A stretch of 64,000 bases of DNA from Eledone cirrhosa (GCA_964016885.1 OZ024744.1:34224001-34288000); one strand, 5' to 3'. Positions 23,811 through 36,789 are shown, counted from the stretch's first letter. Notes: a model not told the origin generated them from the letters alone. Program-made: numbers and translations.

Positions 23811-24120
23811 ATTTATTTAATCAACTATACGGTTTGTTCTGTCAATGACATGCCCACAAATCTAAAACTTCCGAAAGGAGATTACTCCTAGTCAAATGTG
23901 GGATGTCTAGAATTATGAGAGAAATATTCTACAGTTTCCCACTGGTCCTGAAGAACAGATATATATAGTGGTGTAACCAAATATTTAGAGTACTGGCTGA
24001 TGTAGTAGATAAGAGGATGCAGTGTATGAACAATGAAGGGAGACAAGCAATTGTGAAGTTTTGTGAAAGATAGGAATACTGATCTGTGAGATAATTCCCT
24101 CTACCTCAATGTATCTAGTG

Positions 24121-24600
24121 CAACATTTATCTTCTCATTTGAACCACATGTAATGTCATTCTTTCTCAGCTATCTCTGATAATGCCCTAAAAAAGTCTAT
24201 CTTTACTTTTGTCCTCATTACAAGGTCTCTGAGGAAGTCAATAAAATGTTTATTCTGGAGTATGTTAGGGAGTTTGTAATATAGAGTTTGATATTCTTGG
24301 CTGAATTAAGTAGGTGTAAATTTACTGTTGAAAACCTAAATAAGTTACTGAATAACTTATTAGATGATGTTTAAATTATAACTTACTCTTTTCAGTTGAT
24401 TTATGTTTGATTGGTGCACTGCAAGGGGACACTGTAATATGGTCACCTAGAATATATAAACAAAATCATAGTATACCTACATGTATATATACAAATAACA
24501 TTACAAATACAGGAAACAGTTATTAGATTCATTATCTCTGATATATACATATATATAACAGGTCCAAACACAAATGGACCAAACTGCCGCTCTCCCTGCC
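24121..24600 (+). repeat. Copy 2 of the local duplication
   Basis: Aligns by eye with 21027-21690 minus the RTE insert. Confidence 0.8.
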
Positions 24601-24605
24601 ATTTA

Positions 24606-24836
24606 TATCATCATCATCATCATCATCATCATTTTACGTCTGCTTTTCCTGGCTTGCAAGGGTGGGACGGGTCCTATTCAGCACAACATCTCTCCACTTG
24701 TCACAGTCCTTCGTCATCTCCACCGTGAGCTTCAGCAATCTGAGGTCTGCTCTCACCACCTCTGCCCATGTTTTTCGTGGTCTACCCCATCTACATCTTC
24801 CTTCAACTGGCATTTCCTGGCACTTCTTCACCATAT
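24606..24836 (-). mobile_element. RTE-clade LINE 3' end with (GAT)n tail
   Basis: VEGRCRWGRPRKTWAEVVRADL...DKWR; (ATC)n on + at 24607-24631. Confidence 0.8.
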
Positions 24837-25110
24837 AACTATAAGCTTATAGTTATAAGGTTAGTAATTTAAAACTCTACTTCAGATATTTGATTCTGAC
24901 TTAGTTTTTTCTATTTAATTGCTAACCTGTAGGTATTGTTCTCCATACAGTAACGGTTAAACTCACAAATTTTTTTACACACATCTCACTGTGTAACATA
25001 CTTCTCTCTGTGTAATATATTTGTATTTGAGCTCAGATGAAAATTCTCTGTTCTTCTTCGAGCTAGTATTATTATTACTGTGAACTGCGGAATACTTTAA
25101 TCCCGATCTT

Positions 25111-25173
<63 letters not shown>

Positions 25174-25178
<5 letters not shown>

Positions 25179-25284
25179 AACCAGTAAGACCCCGACAGCT
25201 GAGCTCAAGCCGTTTCGACGGCTAATTCAGAATTAGCCGTCGAAACGGCTTGAGCTCAGCTGTCGGGGTCTTACTGGTTCCTAT
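25174..25284. repeat. Perfect 111-bp palindrome (55-bp arms, 1-nt centre at 25229) between (TA)n tracts
   Basis: ATAGGAACCAGTAAGACCCCGACAGCTGAGCTCAAGCCGTTTCGACGGCTAATTC-A-GAATTAGCCGTCGAAACGGCTTGAGCTCAGCTGTCGGGGTCTTACTGGTTCCTAT. Confidence 0.95.
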
Positions 25285-25360
25285 TACCCACTCTACTACC
25301 TCAAGTATTGAGTACTTTGGTGCGTTATGGTCCACCTGGTTCCTTACCACATTTCCTTCG

Positions 25361-25442
<82 letters not shown>

Positions 25443-25630
25443 ATAATAAAGTATGTGTTCCTACCTGTAAAAAATACATATAGGGATACAAGTATTATCC
25501 AACCGTATGCCAATGTGGTTCTATGGCAGGTTAATAAATTAACGAGCCAGAACATATAAAATCAAGGTTTAGCAAATAGAGAAAAAGTTTTTAAATAAAT
25601 TTTAAAAAGTTCGCTGTACTTACTATATGT

Positions 25631-25714
25631 ACCTTTACCGCGCAGTTTCAAATCCCAAAATAAATGGATAATCCAGGCGGACTTTCATTGAGAAGGGGAC
25701 TTTCGTCAGAAGGT
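25631..25714 (-). ncRNA. Type I hammerhead with long stem II loop
   Basis: Minus: ACCTT-CTGACGA-AAGTCCC...GGGATTT-GAAAC-tgcgcg-GTA-AAGGT. Confidence 0.75.
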
Positions 25715-26164
25715 TCTTCTCGCTCGCTTGGAGAATATAAAATTCCCGAGTTTAAGTACAGCGAACTTTTTAAAATTTATTTTAAAACTTTTATTTTAAA
25801 ACTTTTTCTCTATTTGTTAAACCTTGATTTTATATGTTCTGGCTCGTTAATTTATTAACCTGCCATAGAACCACATTGGCATACGGTTGGATAATACTTG
25901 TATCCCTATATGTATTTTTTACACGAAGGAACACATACTTTATTATTATTAATCTCCCCTAAGGTTGAGATAACATTATCTGTCCTTTGAACTGGTGCTA
26001 TTTCTATATGCAGGACATTGACCTGTCCGCCCTTGCCTTCTGTCTTTACACACGGCACTAGACAAAATCGGTTCCTTCCTCATTGACTCTCATCCAGGAA
26101 CAGTTTTGTATGGCGCCAGTTTGTGATTTAAACTCGGGAATTTTATATTCTCCGAGCGAGAAGA

Positions 26165-26248
26165 ACCTTCTGAAGAGAGTCCCCTTCTCAATGGAAGTCC
26201 GCCTGGATTATCCATTTATTTTGGGATTTGAAACCGCGCGGTAAAGGT
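26165..26248 (+). ncRNA. Type I hammerhead with long stem II loop
   Basis: ACCTT-CTGAAGA-GAGTCCC...GGGATTT-GAAAC-CGCGCG-GTA-AAGGT; palindromic ACCGCGCGGT stem III. Confidence 0.8.
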
Positions 26249-26315
26249 ACATATAGTAACTACAGCGAACTTTAAAAATTTATTTAAAAACTTTTCCTCT
26301 ATTTGCTAAACCTTG

Positions 26316-26364
<49 letters not shown>

Positions 26365-26368
<4 letters not shown>

Positions 26369-28490
26369 ACAGGGAGAAAGAGACGATTATTAGGAAGAAA
26401 AATATACTTTTTTCCTTTTTTGTTTCTCTCTTTTTTCTGGGTTAGAAAATGATTAAAACGAAATGTTTTACTTTGTGTGAAGTGTTAAGGTATTAGTTGA
26501 TTTATTTATTATTTAACAATCGCATTTATTTATCTATTTATATATTTAATAATTGTCTATTACCGGTTTCAGCATTTTTATGCATTATCAAATGATAGTG
26601 AAATGTATTAGTGTGGTGTCGCACATGTTAAACAGAAGGTGCAGAAAGAATAATGTTATTTACAAACAAGGTTTATGAAGTGAAAAGAAAAAAGAAAAGA
26701 ACGTGCATAATGTAGAGCATAAAAAAATCAATGGATAGGGCCTGCAAGCAAGCCACAGAGGTTTACATCAATATAGCCCCCCCCCCCCTGATGACCTTAA
26801 ATTAAGACCCATAATAGCAGGCACCACATGTGAAATCCACCGCCTAAGCAACTTCCAAGATATTCTGCTTAAACCTTTCCTAAAACACATAAAAAGCTTC
26901 ATAAGGGACGACCTTGACATGCTCAACCACCTCCCAACAACACTCAATAATGAACATACCCTACTAGTAACCTTTGATGTCATCAATTTATATTCCAATA
27001 TCCCACACAACCTAGGTATAGAGGCAATACAATTCTGGCTTGAAAATTTCCCTAGTGAACTCCCACAGCGCATCCCTAAAGAATTTGTGTTGGAGGGACT
27101 CAAATTCATCTTGGAAAACAATTTCTTCGAATTCAATGCCCAATACTACAGACAGAAATCTGGGACTGCCATGGGCACGAAGGTGGCCCCCTCATACGCC
27201 AACATTGTCATGGGATATTTGGAAACCATTCTCTACCGCAAAGTTCTAGACAAATACGGCAACCACTTCTACCAACACATAGAAAAGAACTGGAAGAGAT
27301 ATCTGGACGACTGCTTCATCCTCTGGCATGAAAGTATAGATAGACTGATTGAGTTTAAAACCCTTCTGAATGGACTCAACACAAACTTACAATTCACAAT
27401 GGATCACAGCCATGAACAACTCCCTTTCCTATAGAAACAGACATATACTACAAACCCACAGACTCCAAACAATACCTTCCATTCAACTCGTGCCACCCTA
27501 GATACACCAAAATGGCAATTCCTAGCCAGAAGGATCTGCACAATAGTTTCAGATAAATACACATGCTACACACGACTAGAAGAATTAAAAAACACACTTA
27601 TCAGCAGAAACTACCCACCGTCTATAAATCACAAATTAAAATACAGGAATACAGAAAGATTGCATTTAGTGAACATATCACCAATTGTGCTCACAACCAA
27701 CATCCAAACTTTAACATTTTCTCCATTTACAAATTCATAGACAACGCTACTTTCATCCAACGTACCAATAAGGAAACATATTTCATTAACAAATTCCAAC
27801 CCCTACTTAATACTCTAAAAATCGGACCAATCTAAAACTGCAACAAACAATCAAACATTTACAAGTGTTACCTCCCTCACACCCTACCTAATCCTTTTTC
27901 TTAAATAAATTAAATATCATCCAGCAAGAATTGCTTCCCCTGCATATTAACTCTCTAAAAAGGGAAATCATATCAAACCTCAGTCCACCATTTGCCCCCA
28001 TCATGGAATCATGGATCAACTAAGCACTCTTGCTATATTAACACATTTTGATCTGCTTAACTTCAAGAACTATGCCTGTAAATAACATTATTTTTTCTTC
28101 CACATTGACTTTTCATGCTCTACATTATGCACGTTTTTTTTCCTTTTTTTTTTCTTTTCACTTCATAAACCTTCTTTGTAAATAACATTATTCTTTCTGC
28201 ACCTTCTGTTTAACATGTGCGACACCACACTAATACATTTCACTATCATTTGATAATGCATAAAAATGCTGAAACCGGTAATAGACAATAATTAAATATA
28301 TAAATAGATAAATAAATGCCATTGTTAAATAATAAGTTAATCAACTAATACCTTAACACTTCACACAAAGTAAAACATTTCGTTTTAATCATTTTCTAAC
28401 CCAGAAAAAAGGGAGAGAAACAAAAAAGGAAAAAAGTATATTTTTCTTTCTAATAATCGTCTCTTTCTCCCTGTTTTCATATATATATAT
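26365..28490 (+). mobile_element. Penelope-like element (RT core, internally deleted, GIY-YIG remnant) between about 365-bp inverted pLTRs
   Basis: LRPIIAG, LVTFDVINLYSNIPH, QKSGTAMGTKVAPSYANIVM, WKRYLDDCF, YFINKFQPLLN; 26365-26730 is inverted at 28105-28480; (TA)n flanks. Confidence 0.9.
28243..28284 (+). ncRNA. Hammerhead variant with UUGAUAA core (U3-A8); inverted copy at 26557-26598(-)
   Basis: CTAT-cat-TTGATAA-tGCAT aaaa ATGCt-GAAAC-CG-GTA-ATAG; palindromic ACCGGT. Confidence 0.55.
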
Positions 28491-29125
28491 AACCTAACTC
28501 GTGTGCTTCCTCTCCACATTTTATTATATATATATATATATATATATGTGTGTATGTATATATATATATATTTATGTATGTGTGTGTATGTATATACATA
28601 CATATATATACATACGACGAACATACACACGAACAAACAAATTAGTTGTCCGTGGCATTGGTACGGGTGCCACGGACGTTGCCTTCCTACTCACACGTGC
28701 GTATCCCCACATACACACACTCAGCATCCGGAATCCACACGCCCCCTCCCTCCTCTCCCTCCACACGCACGCACACACCGACTTACACCCCACCCCATGT
28801 ACACACCGGTTTGTTTTTTACCTGAACATGGAACCTCATTCTTCCCCCAACTGACATATTCACATACACACACACACATACACATACACCTACACACATA
28901 CACAAACACCACCTCAGCCCTCGCCTCCCCCCCAACCACACATCCACCCACCGCCACCCCTACACGCCTCACTCCTTGTTTATTTTTGTTTTTATTTTTA
29001 TTTTCATTTTTATTTGTACTTTTAAAAAATTTCCTTTACTCTTTAAAAATTGTTTTCATCCCCTTTTTTTAATGTTTTTCCACCACTCCCCCACACACCC
29101 TCGAAACTCTCTTCCTACTCACTTT

Positions 29126-29160
29126 TCTCCCGATGAAGAGCTTATGCCCGAAACGTCGCC
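29126..29160 (+). ncRNA. Degenerate hammerhead core in a Penelope-type 3'UTR (about 28500-29247)
   Basis: CCGATGA-agagc ttat gccc-GAAAC-GTC; core and stem II are mutated. Confidence 0.4.
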
Positions 29161-29243
29161 CCCTCCCCCACTCTCAAGCGTAAACCTAAAAACCATATCA
29201 ATTTTACTGTCTATCTGTTTTTTTGTTCTCTGTCCATTTATTC

Positions 29244-29323
<80 letters not shown>

Positions 29324-29391
29324 GTGTACATATATATCTATATATATATCTATCTCTCTATATATATTTATATATATATATATATATACAT

Positions 29392-29492
<101 letters not shown>

Positions 29493-29635
29493 CCAAATAA
29501 AAATATGGTTCATTGATTACTCAATCAATATAGTTTTACAATAGATTAAAAGCACTCTATAATGAAGTTTTCTGGAGTTATTAATATTATTCAAAATATT
29601 AATAAATGAAGACATTCACATAATCAAAATATATG

Positions 29636-29696
29636 TTTTATTATATATATTTCGGAGGTACTGTGCTGTTTTTTCAGTACGTCATCATCAGATAAA
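29636..29696 (-). ncRNA. Type I hammerhead
   Basis: Minus: TTTAT-CTGATGA-tgacGTACTG..CAGTACctcc-GAAA-tatat-ATA-ATAAAA. Confidence 0.75.
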
Positions 29697-29806
29697 TTAC
29701 ATGAATTGATGTATGACATACCTCTTGATGGTTCAATTCCAGTATTGGCCAGTACTGGAATTGAACCATCAAGACAGTTGAGGTATGTCATACATCAATG
29801 CATGTA

Positions 29807-29868
29807 TTTTATCTGATGAGGACGTTCTGAAAAAACAGCACAGAACCTCCGAAATATATATAATAAAA
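29807..29868 (+). ncRNA. Type I hammerhead
   Basis: TTTTAT-CTGATGA-GGAcGTTCTG aaaaaacagca CAGAACcTCC-GAAA-tatat-ATA-ATAAAA. Confidence 0.82.
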
Positions 29869-29928
29869 CATATATTTTGATTATGGGAACATCTTGATTT
29901 ATTACTATTTTGAATAATATATATATAT

Positions 29929-30536
<608 letters not shown>

Positions 30537-30659
30537 TCGACAGACGACAGTCGATCGACAAGATCCCTGACCTCCCGATCCGGGAATCGAAATCACAACA
30601 TCATGATTGCGAATCCATATAATCAATGTATTTGTGAGTGAATAATGATGATAATATAA

Positions 30660-31388
30660 TAATTGTTTCTACTTTTGGCACAAGGCCCGTAATTACCCAG
30701 TATATTACTGGTACTTTTTTTTATCGACCCCGTAAGGATGAAAGGCAAAGATAACCTCGGTAGAATTTGAACTCATCGGTAGAGGGTCAGACGATTTGCA
30801 GCATAGTTACGTCCCTTGCCATTCTGAGTCCAAATCCCGCGGAGGTTAACTTTGCCTTTCTTCCTTACGGGATCGATAAAATAAAATACCAGTCACGCAC
30901 TGGGGTCAATTTCATCGACTTTTCCCTCCCCCCCCAAAATTGCTGGCCTTGTGCCTATATAAGAAACCATTATTATTATTATTAAAGGGCGGTGGATTTG
31001 CTGTAGCGGTAGAGAGTCGGAGACCATGCTTTTCAGCATAGAGTTACGGCCCTTTACGGTCTGAGTTCAAATCCCGCCGAGGTTAACTTTGCCTTTCATC
31101 CTTACGGGGTCGATGAAATAAAGCACCAGTAATAAACTGGGCTCGATTTAATCGACTTTCCCCCCCCCCCCCCTTCAAATTACTTGCCATGTGCCCAAAG
31201 TGGATTGGCAGTATCGGTAGAGGGTCGGACGCCATGCTTTCCAGCATAGTTACGTCCCTTTACGATCTGAGTTCAATTCCCGCCGAGGTTAACTTTGCCT
31301 TTCATCCTTACGGGGTCGATAAAATAAAGTACCAGTAATGCACTGGGTAATTGCTGGCCTTGTGCCTAAAGTAGAAACAATTATTATT
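30660..31388. mobile_element. Cluster of four dominant-family SINEs (one partial on minus at 30660-30776; three head-to-tail on plus at about 30776-30982, 30986-31200 and 31200-31388)
   Basis: Repeated GAGTTCAAATCCCGCCGAGGTTAACTTTGCCTTTCATCCTTACGGGGTCGAT cores with (ATT)n tails. Confidence 0.9.
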
Positions 31389-31860
31389 GGGCTGCTCGGA
31401 CGTCTGTTTGCTCGCTCTCGTAAATCTCTTTATTTACCTGTCATAAACCATTTATTGTTAAATGTTATTGTTGTGTAAGGGATATAAGTGAAGGGGAAAG
31501 TATAATATTTGGGCCTTTGGTCCCAAATATTTGAACTTGTTATTTTTAAAAATTATCGAAAAGAAAACATGGTTGAGCCGCGTCCCCCCGTGATGTCTGC
31601 TGTCGTGTGACATGTCTGCTGTTGTGTGACAACGACGTAAAAGTTGAGAGGAGGGTTACGGCGAACACAGAAATTGATACAAGCACCACCACAAATAACG
31701 TGAACAAAGACAGCAATGACAACAACACTGAGAACACTAATTTTGAAAAAAATAACCACACCAACCACAACAGTAACAGGGACAACCAACATACAGACAA
31801 CAGAAAAAATTACAAATGCAACAACGATATTAAAACCACTAACAGTAATAATAGAAATAA
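31389..31860 (+). mobile_element. Isolated 5' end of the same Tx1/L1 family as 1-2268
   Basis: Matches the reverse complement of about 1830-2268 (GAAGGGGAAAGTATAATATTTGGGCC..CCCAAATATTTGAAC; ATGGTTGAGCCGCGTCCCCCC). Confidence 0.85.
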
Positions 31861-32081
31861 TTAATTTTATAATGATACCAGTAATTGAAATGTCCTCACA
31901 TATCCTAAAGGTATTAATAATAAATTGAAATTGGTGAAGTCTAGAATGAAGCCCAACAATCTCTTACTGTGTCTAGTGAAAGGTTTTGGTTGAAGTGAAA
32001 CAGACTGTAAAAACTGTAATGTATTGCTGGAAGTTATTTTATAGAAACCTGTATGTATTGAGTACAACATGTATCAGGGCG

Positions 32082-32256
32082 TTGGCAGTATCGGTAGAGA
32101 GTCGGACGCCATGCTTTCCAGCATAGAGTTTATGGTCTGAGTTCAAATCCCGCCGCGGTTACCTTTACTTTTCATCCTTACATGGTCGATAAAATAAAGT
32201 ACCAGTAATGCACTGGGATAATTGCTGGCCTTGTGCCAATAGTAGAAACAATTATT
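32082..32256 (+). mobile_element. tRNA-derived SINE (dominant family)
   Basis: Same boxes, core and tail as the other copies. Confidence 0.88.
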
Positions 32257-32289
32257 GAAACTGATTCAACTGACATGAGAGGTGGATAA

Positions 32290-34279
32290 CACCGTGTAAC
32301 AAAAAAAATGTTTTCTCTGTTCCTGGCTTGTAATCACTTTTTTGTGTTGCTTAGGTCCCAAATAAATAAAAAAGTGCTATTAAACAGTTAAAAGTTTGGG
32401 TTTGTAAAAACTCTAAGCTATTCACTAGAATTATTTGTATGCTGGATTTTACGTTGTATGTAAGTTTAATTGTCTTATGTTAAATGATTCTTTTTATATA
32501 TGTTTCAGGTTAAATTAAAATTATAAAATAAAGAGTAATACCTAAAGAAAATTATAAAAGTGCAATAAAGTATAAAATTGTTAAAAACTGGATTAAAGAG
32601 ATTTATTGATACTGGATTTTCGCACCCTGAATAAAGGGTAAGTTGTGTTTTAAGCACGAATTTTCATTAGTATGATTAGTGTTGTTTTATATTATTTAAA
32701 TATGTATTTCTCTTTCCAATATTTATTTTGTATTGCATATCAAATTTATTTTCCTAGACAAGTATTCTGATGAAGAGGAGGAGATGGATGCTGAGGACTT
32801 GGATTACCTGCCTGAGGTACCAGAAAAAGGTCTTCACTTCCCAAACCAAAAAGAAGTCAATGACTTGGTCAGGGATATGGGTCTGACCAAGTCCAATGCA
32901 GAGCAATTCGTCTCCAGAATGAAGCAGTGGAACTTGGTCAAGGAGGAAGTGCAGGTGACAAGTCAGAGAAGTTGACACGAACCTTTCTCAGGCTTTTACA
33001 CTCTTAGGGATGGCCTCTGCTTCTGCCATGACGTGCCTGGACTGTTTGACGTTATTGGGGTGCCGTTTGTGCGCAAGAAGTGGCGGCTATTTATAGACAG
33101 CTCCACCACAAGTTTGAAGGCTGTCCTCCTCCACAATGGAAACAAGTTCCCGACACTGCCCCTAGCTCATTCAGTCTGCCTGAAGGAAGATTACTACAGT
33201 GTGAAAGTCCTCTTGGAAGCTCTGCAATACAACCAGTACAATTGGGAAATAATTGGAGACTTCAAGATGGTGGCTTTCCTGCTTGGACTCCAAGGAGGCT
33301 TTATCAAATTCCAATGCTTCCTCTGCCTTTGGGACAGCAGAGCCACCTCTGACCACTACAAAAGAAAGAACTGGGAGCAGCTAACAGAATTTGAAGTTGG
33401 GACCCGGAACGTCATGTGGGAGCCACTGGTTGATCCCAGGATTGTGCTCATGCCGCCACTGCATATTAAGTTGGAGTTGATGAAGCAGTTTGTGAAGGCT
33501 CTCAACCAAGAATCAGCCGCTTTTAAGTACCTCCTTGAGTTCTTCCCCAAGTTATCTGAGGCCAAAATCAAAGGTGGAATTTTTGTTGGATCTCAGATAA
33601 AGAAGGGGTTTGAGTCTACCGAGTTCTCCACTAAGCTCAATAGAATTGAGAGAACAGCTTGGAACTGTTTCAAGGCAGTTGTTAAGGGCTTCCTGAGCAA
33701 CTACAGAGCTAAAAACTACCAGCAACTGGTGCAGGATCTGATAAAGGCTTTTGGCGCCATGGGATGCAGGATGTCGCTTAAACTCCATATGCTGGACGCT
33801 CACCTGGAAAAATTCAAGGACAATATGGGCGCCTACTCAGAAGAACAAGGCGAACGATTCCACCAAGATATGAATGAGATAGAGTGGAGGTACCAGGGCC
33901 ACTACAATGAAAACATGATGGGGGACTATATCTGGGGGCTAGTGCGGGAATGCGACCTGGACTACAACCGCAAATCCAGGAAATCCAGTCATTTCTGACG
34001 TGTATAAGTTGCTTTATAAGTGTTATTTGTTTTTACTTGTTTGCTTTTGATAAGCTTGTGTAATAAAATAAATATATACTCTGTTGATTTAATTATATGA
34101 ACTGATAATTTTAAAAAAATGTGTTTTTTCTTGAAAAATATGAACATTTCGAAATATCAAACTCCTGACCACAAACCCAAACTTCTGATTAAATAATAGT
34201 GTTTTTTTAATAATAATGGGATATAACAAACCAGTAAATGACACTTAGAACCGGGGAACAAAAAATATGTTACACGGTG
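32290..34279 (+). mobile_element. Chapaev3-type (CMC) DNA transposon with TIRs and 3-bp TSD
   Basis: Termini CACCGTGTAACA.../...TGTTACACGGTG, flanked by TAA on both sides (32287-32289, 34280-34282); transposase inside. Confidence 0.8.
32758..33998 (+). pseudogene. Chapaev3-like DDE transposase with one premature TGA (32973-32975)
   Basis: NQKEVNDLVRDMGLTK, WRLFIDSSTTSLKAVLLHNGN, GDFKMVAFLLGLQGG, CFLCLWDSR, PPLHIKL, LHMLDAHL, YSEEQGERFHQD; preceded by an acceptor-like TTTTCCTAG. Confidence 0.8.
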
Positions 34280-34356
34280 TAATTGGTAAAATCATTAGTG
34301 TTGTATGAAATAGGTATATGTATACACACACACATGTATATACAGTATATATACAG

Positions 34357-34387
<31 letters not shown>

Positions 34388-35599
34388 GAAATCTGAGTTT
34401 TTCGATTATTAATAATAATATTCGATTCATTTGCAAATATGCAAACAGCCTTTTAGAAAAAATATATTTTCACTAACGCTGACAGTTGGCAGGTGTGTGT
34501 GAGTGTGTGTGTGTGTGTGTGTGAGTGTGTGTGTGTATGTGTGAGTGTGTCTCTTCCTCTCTCTCTCTCTCTGTAGAAATATACGAATGTGTGAAAATGG
34601 AAGTAGGAAAACAGTGCTCAATCTAGAAAAGAGCTGAAATATTATATCATTTATTTATGTTAAACAAAAGCACTACCTAATGTTTCAAGGCCCAATATTA
34701 ACCACACCTCCAAAATATAAGAGAGATCAAAATTGTGACCTAATCTTCAGACACTTATATGAGTTTATAAGATAACCTTATAAGTAATGGGGATTGATAC
34801 GCTATTTTACGAAACACCTATTATAACAAATTGAAATATCTCCAAGTTGTAAATTTGAAATAGCGAAATCTTACCGGTGTTGTTATTCGCGGTCTATAGC
34901 ATAAATATGATATTATGTCGTGGTATTGAGATGGTAATTTTTACTAAGGTATGAGATAGAGAAGTATAGAATAGTATTATGTACACTTGAAAATTTGAAA
35001 AAAAGAAAGATAAACAGAAGATAATATGAAAATATGTAAATCAAATTAAGATGGTTGAAAATGAGTAGAATTTTTTTTAGTATTTCCTCTTAGCAAGCAG
35101 TTGGCTTTTAAGAGAGGCGCATCCTCCACAAATTTTGCTTTTCAGTTCAAATAGCTATTATTCGGAGATGAAAACCATGTAATATTCTAAATTTCTCACT
35201 AAGACAGAGACGTCATTTCATGGTACAATTGGTTTAAGGAAGTATCTTTCAAGTATCTTCCAAGTAATCTTATGTGGGACATCTAACTATTTTAATTGCC
35301 TGACCTTTTTACAAGGGCTGTACTGGTTCTCATATCAGGATTTCTGAAGTAGAGGGGATGCGAGTAAAAACGTCGTTTGAACGATCTTGCACAATACCGT
35401 CGTATTTTTCGCTAACTTCAGAATTTTCCGTCGTGCCGTGTGTAATCTCTGCCGCATACACAATGGATTTGATTGGGATACCTTGATGAAATTACAATTG
35501 AATATTTTACTGTATTTATGTTGTTTTGGAAAATGTCTATCTATAAAATCTAAAAACTACTTACCTACACTAGTCGTGACTTTAAAGGAAAGGGGGTAT

Positions 35600-36475
35600 T
35601 AACAAGATAACTCTTAATTTTCTGTTAACATTGTTAGTATGGTTGTGTTGGAAATGATGGGGTGTGTACTTAATTTTGTTCTCAACACCACAATCTATGA
35701 GGGCCCGATTGTAGTACGGCGTAGCCTTATCGAAAATAACCCGAGTTTCTGATAGATATGAGATACTAGGACTAATATTTGAAACTAGGTTTTTAAAAAC
35801 ACCAGGGAAGGCATGAAGCTTTATTGATATAGTTCAATTTTACATTAATTTTATGGTATGGTTTATACGAAGCTGTGGTTAGGTCTAAGTTTACACCAAA
35901 GAAGTTTGCCTCAGTAAGATTCGTATCTACCGTAATTTTAAACCCTAGTGCACGCGAAGTGACAATTAAATTTATAATGAATCTGCCCATAGCTTGTCTG
36001 TTACAATCATAAGAAAACGAAATTCTATCGTTACTTTATAGACTAATGGAGTGGATGGGGAATATAGACTTTGAGAATGAATAGCACTGTCATAGGAGCC
36101 CAAGAAGACGTCAAAAGTATCATCAGTGTTAGAATGTGTTACCCAAGAATGTGTTACCATTACTAAATAGAAGGGTTCAACGGTCATGAAATATAAGGTC
36201 ATATTCCATGTCGCTGGTGTATACAAAAGAACGAGCAAAATCTAAAGTGTTATTAAGAAGGGTCCTAGAAATAGAGGGATACAAATCTATAATATTAAAC
36301 TATATGAGTTTGGTGCTGTTCTTAAAGGGGATTTCGGTGAATCATGAGATGACATATGTTGTTTTATTCTACAGTGAGAGATTGGTGATTTTGATAATAT
36401 AACTATTGATGTTTCTTAAAACGTTTTTACTAGCTAGTCCTAACTTTGACTTTGCAGGGTTTATTAATCTATAGG
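35600..36475 (-). pseudogene. Old Penelope RT relic, same type as 11495-13415
   Basis: RLINPAKSK, FDVFLGSYDSA, GFKITVDTNL..NF..NLDLTTASYKPYHK..YINKASC, with many lesions. Confidence 0.75.
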
Positions 36476-36789
36476 TATATAGATATTAGGTCGGGTCACA
36501 CGGCTGAGTTCCTGCCGGTTCAACTTCTAATTCCAGGCATGTGATAAAACTACCTGCTGTGAAATAGCCATCTCGTCACAGGCGTGCTTAAGGTGATTGA
36601 CGTTTCAGTAAATAGATCAGTGGTCATGAGCACCTTAATGTGTTTCGTTCCACAAGAGATTCAAGATAATATGAAAATAATTTACCTTTTCCCTCATTTT
36701 GTGCGTTTTGACCAGATAAGTAATTAGCACTCCATTTCCTTCATTAAGTACAGAGAGATGAATACAACCACAAGGATATGGTCCGAATG

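Larger units (their letters stand above)
25437..26322. mobile_element. Non-coding retrozyme-like element: unit of about 500 bp with direct and inverted partial copies
   Basis: 25753-25830 resembles 26257-26322 (direct). 25437-25620 is inverted at about 25753-25950, and 25620-25752 at about 26128-26260. (TA)n flanks. Confidence 0.8.

Noticed and set aside
32973-32975. In-frame TGA in the transposase as possible selenocysteine or readthrough
   Set aside because: It is most simply a CGA-to-TGA decay at an Arg-like position; no SECIS was recognised.
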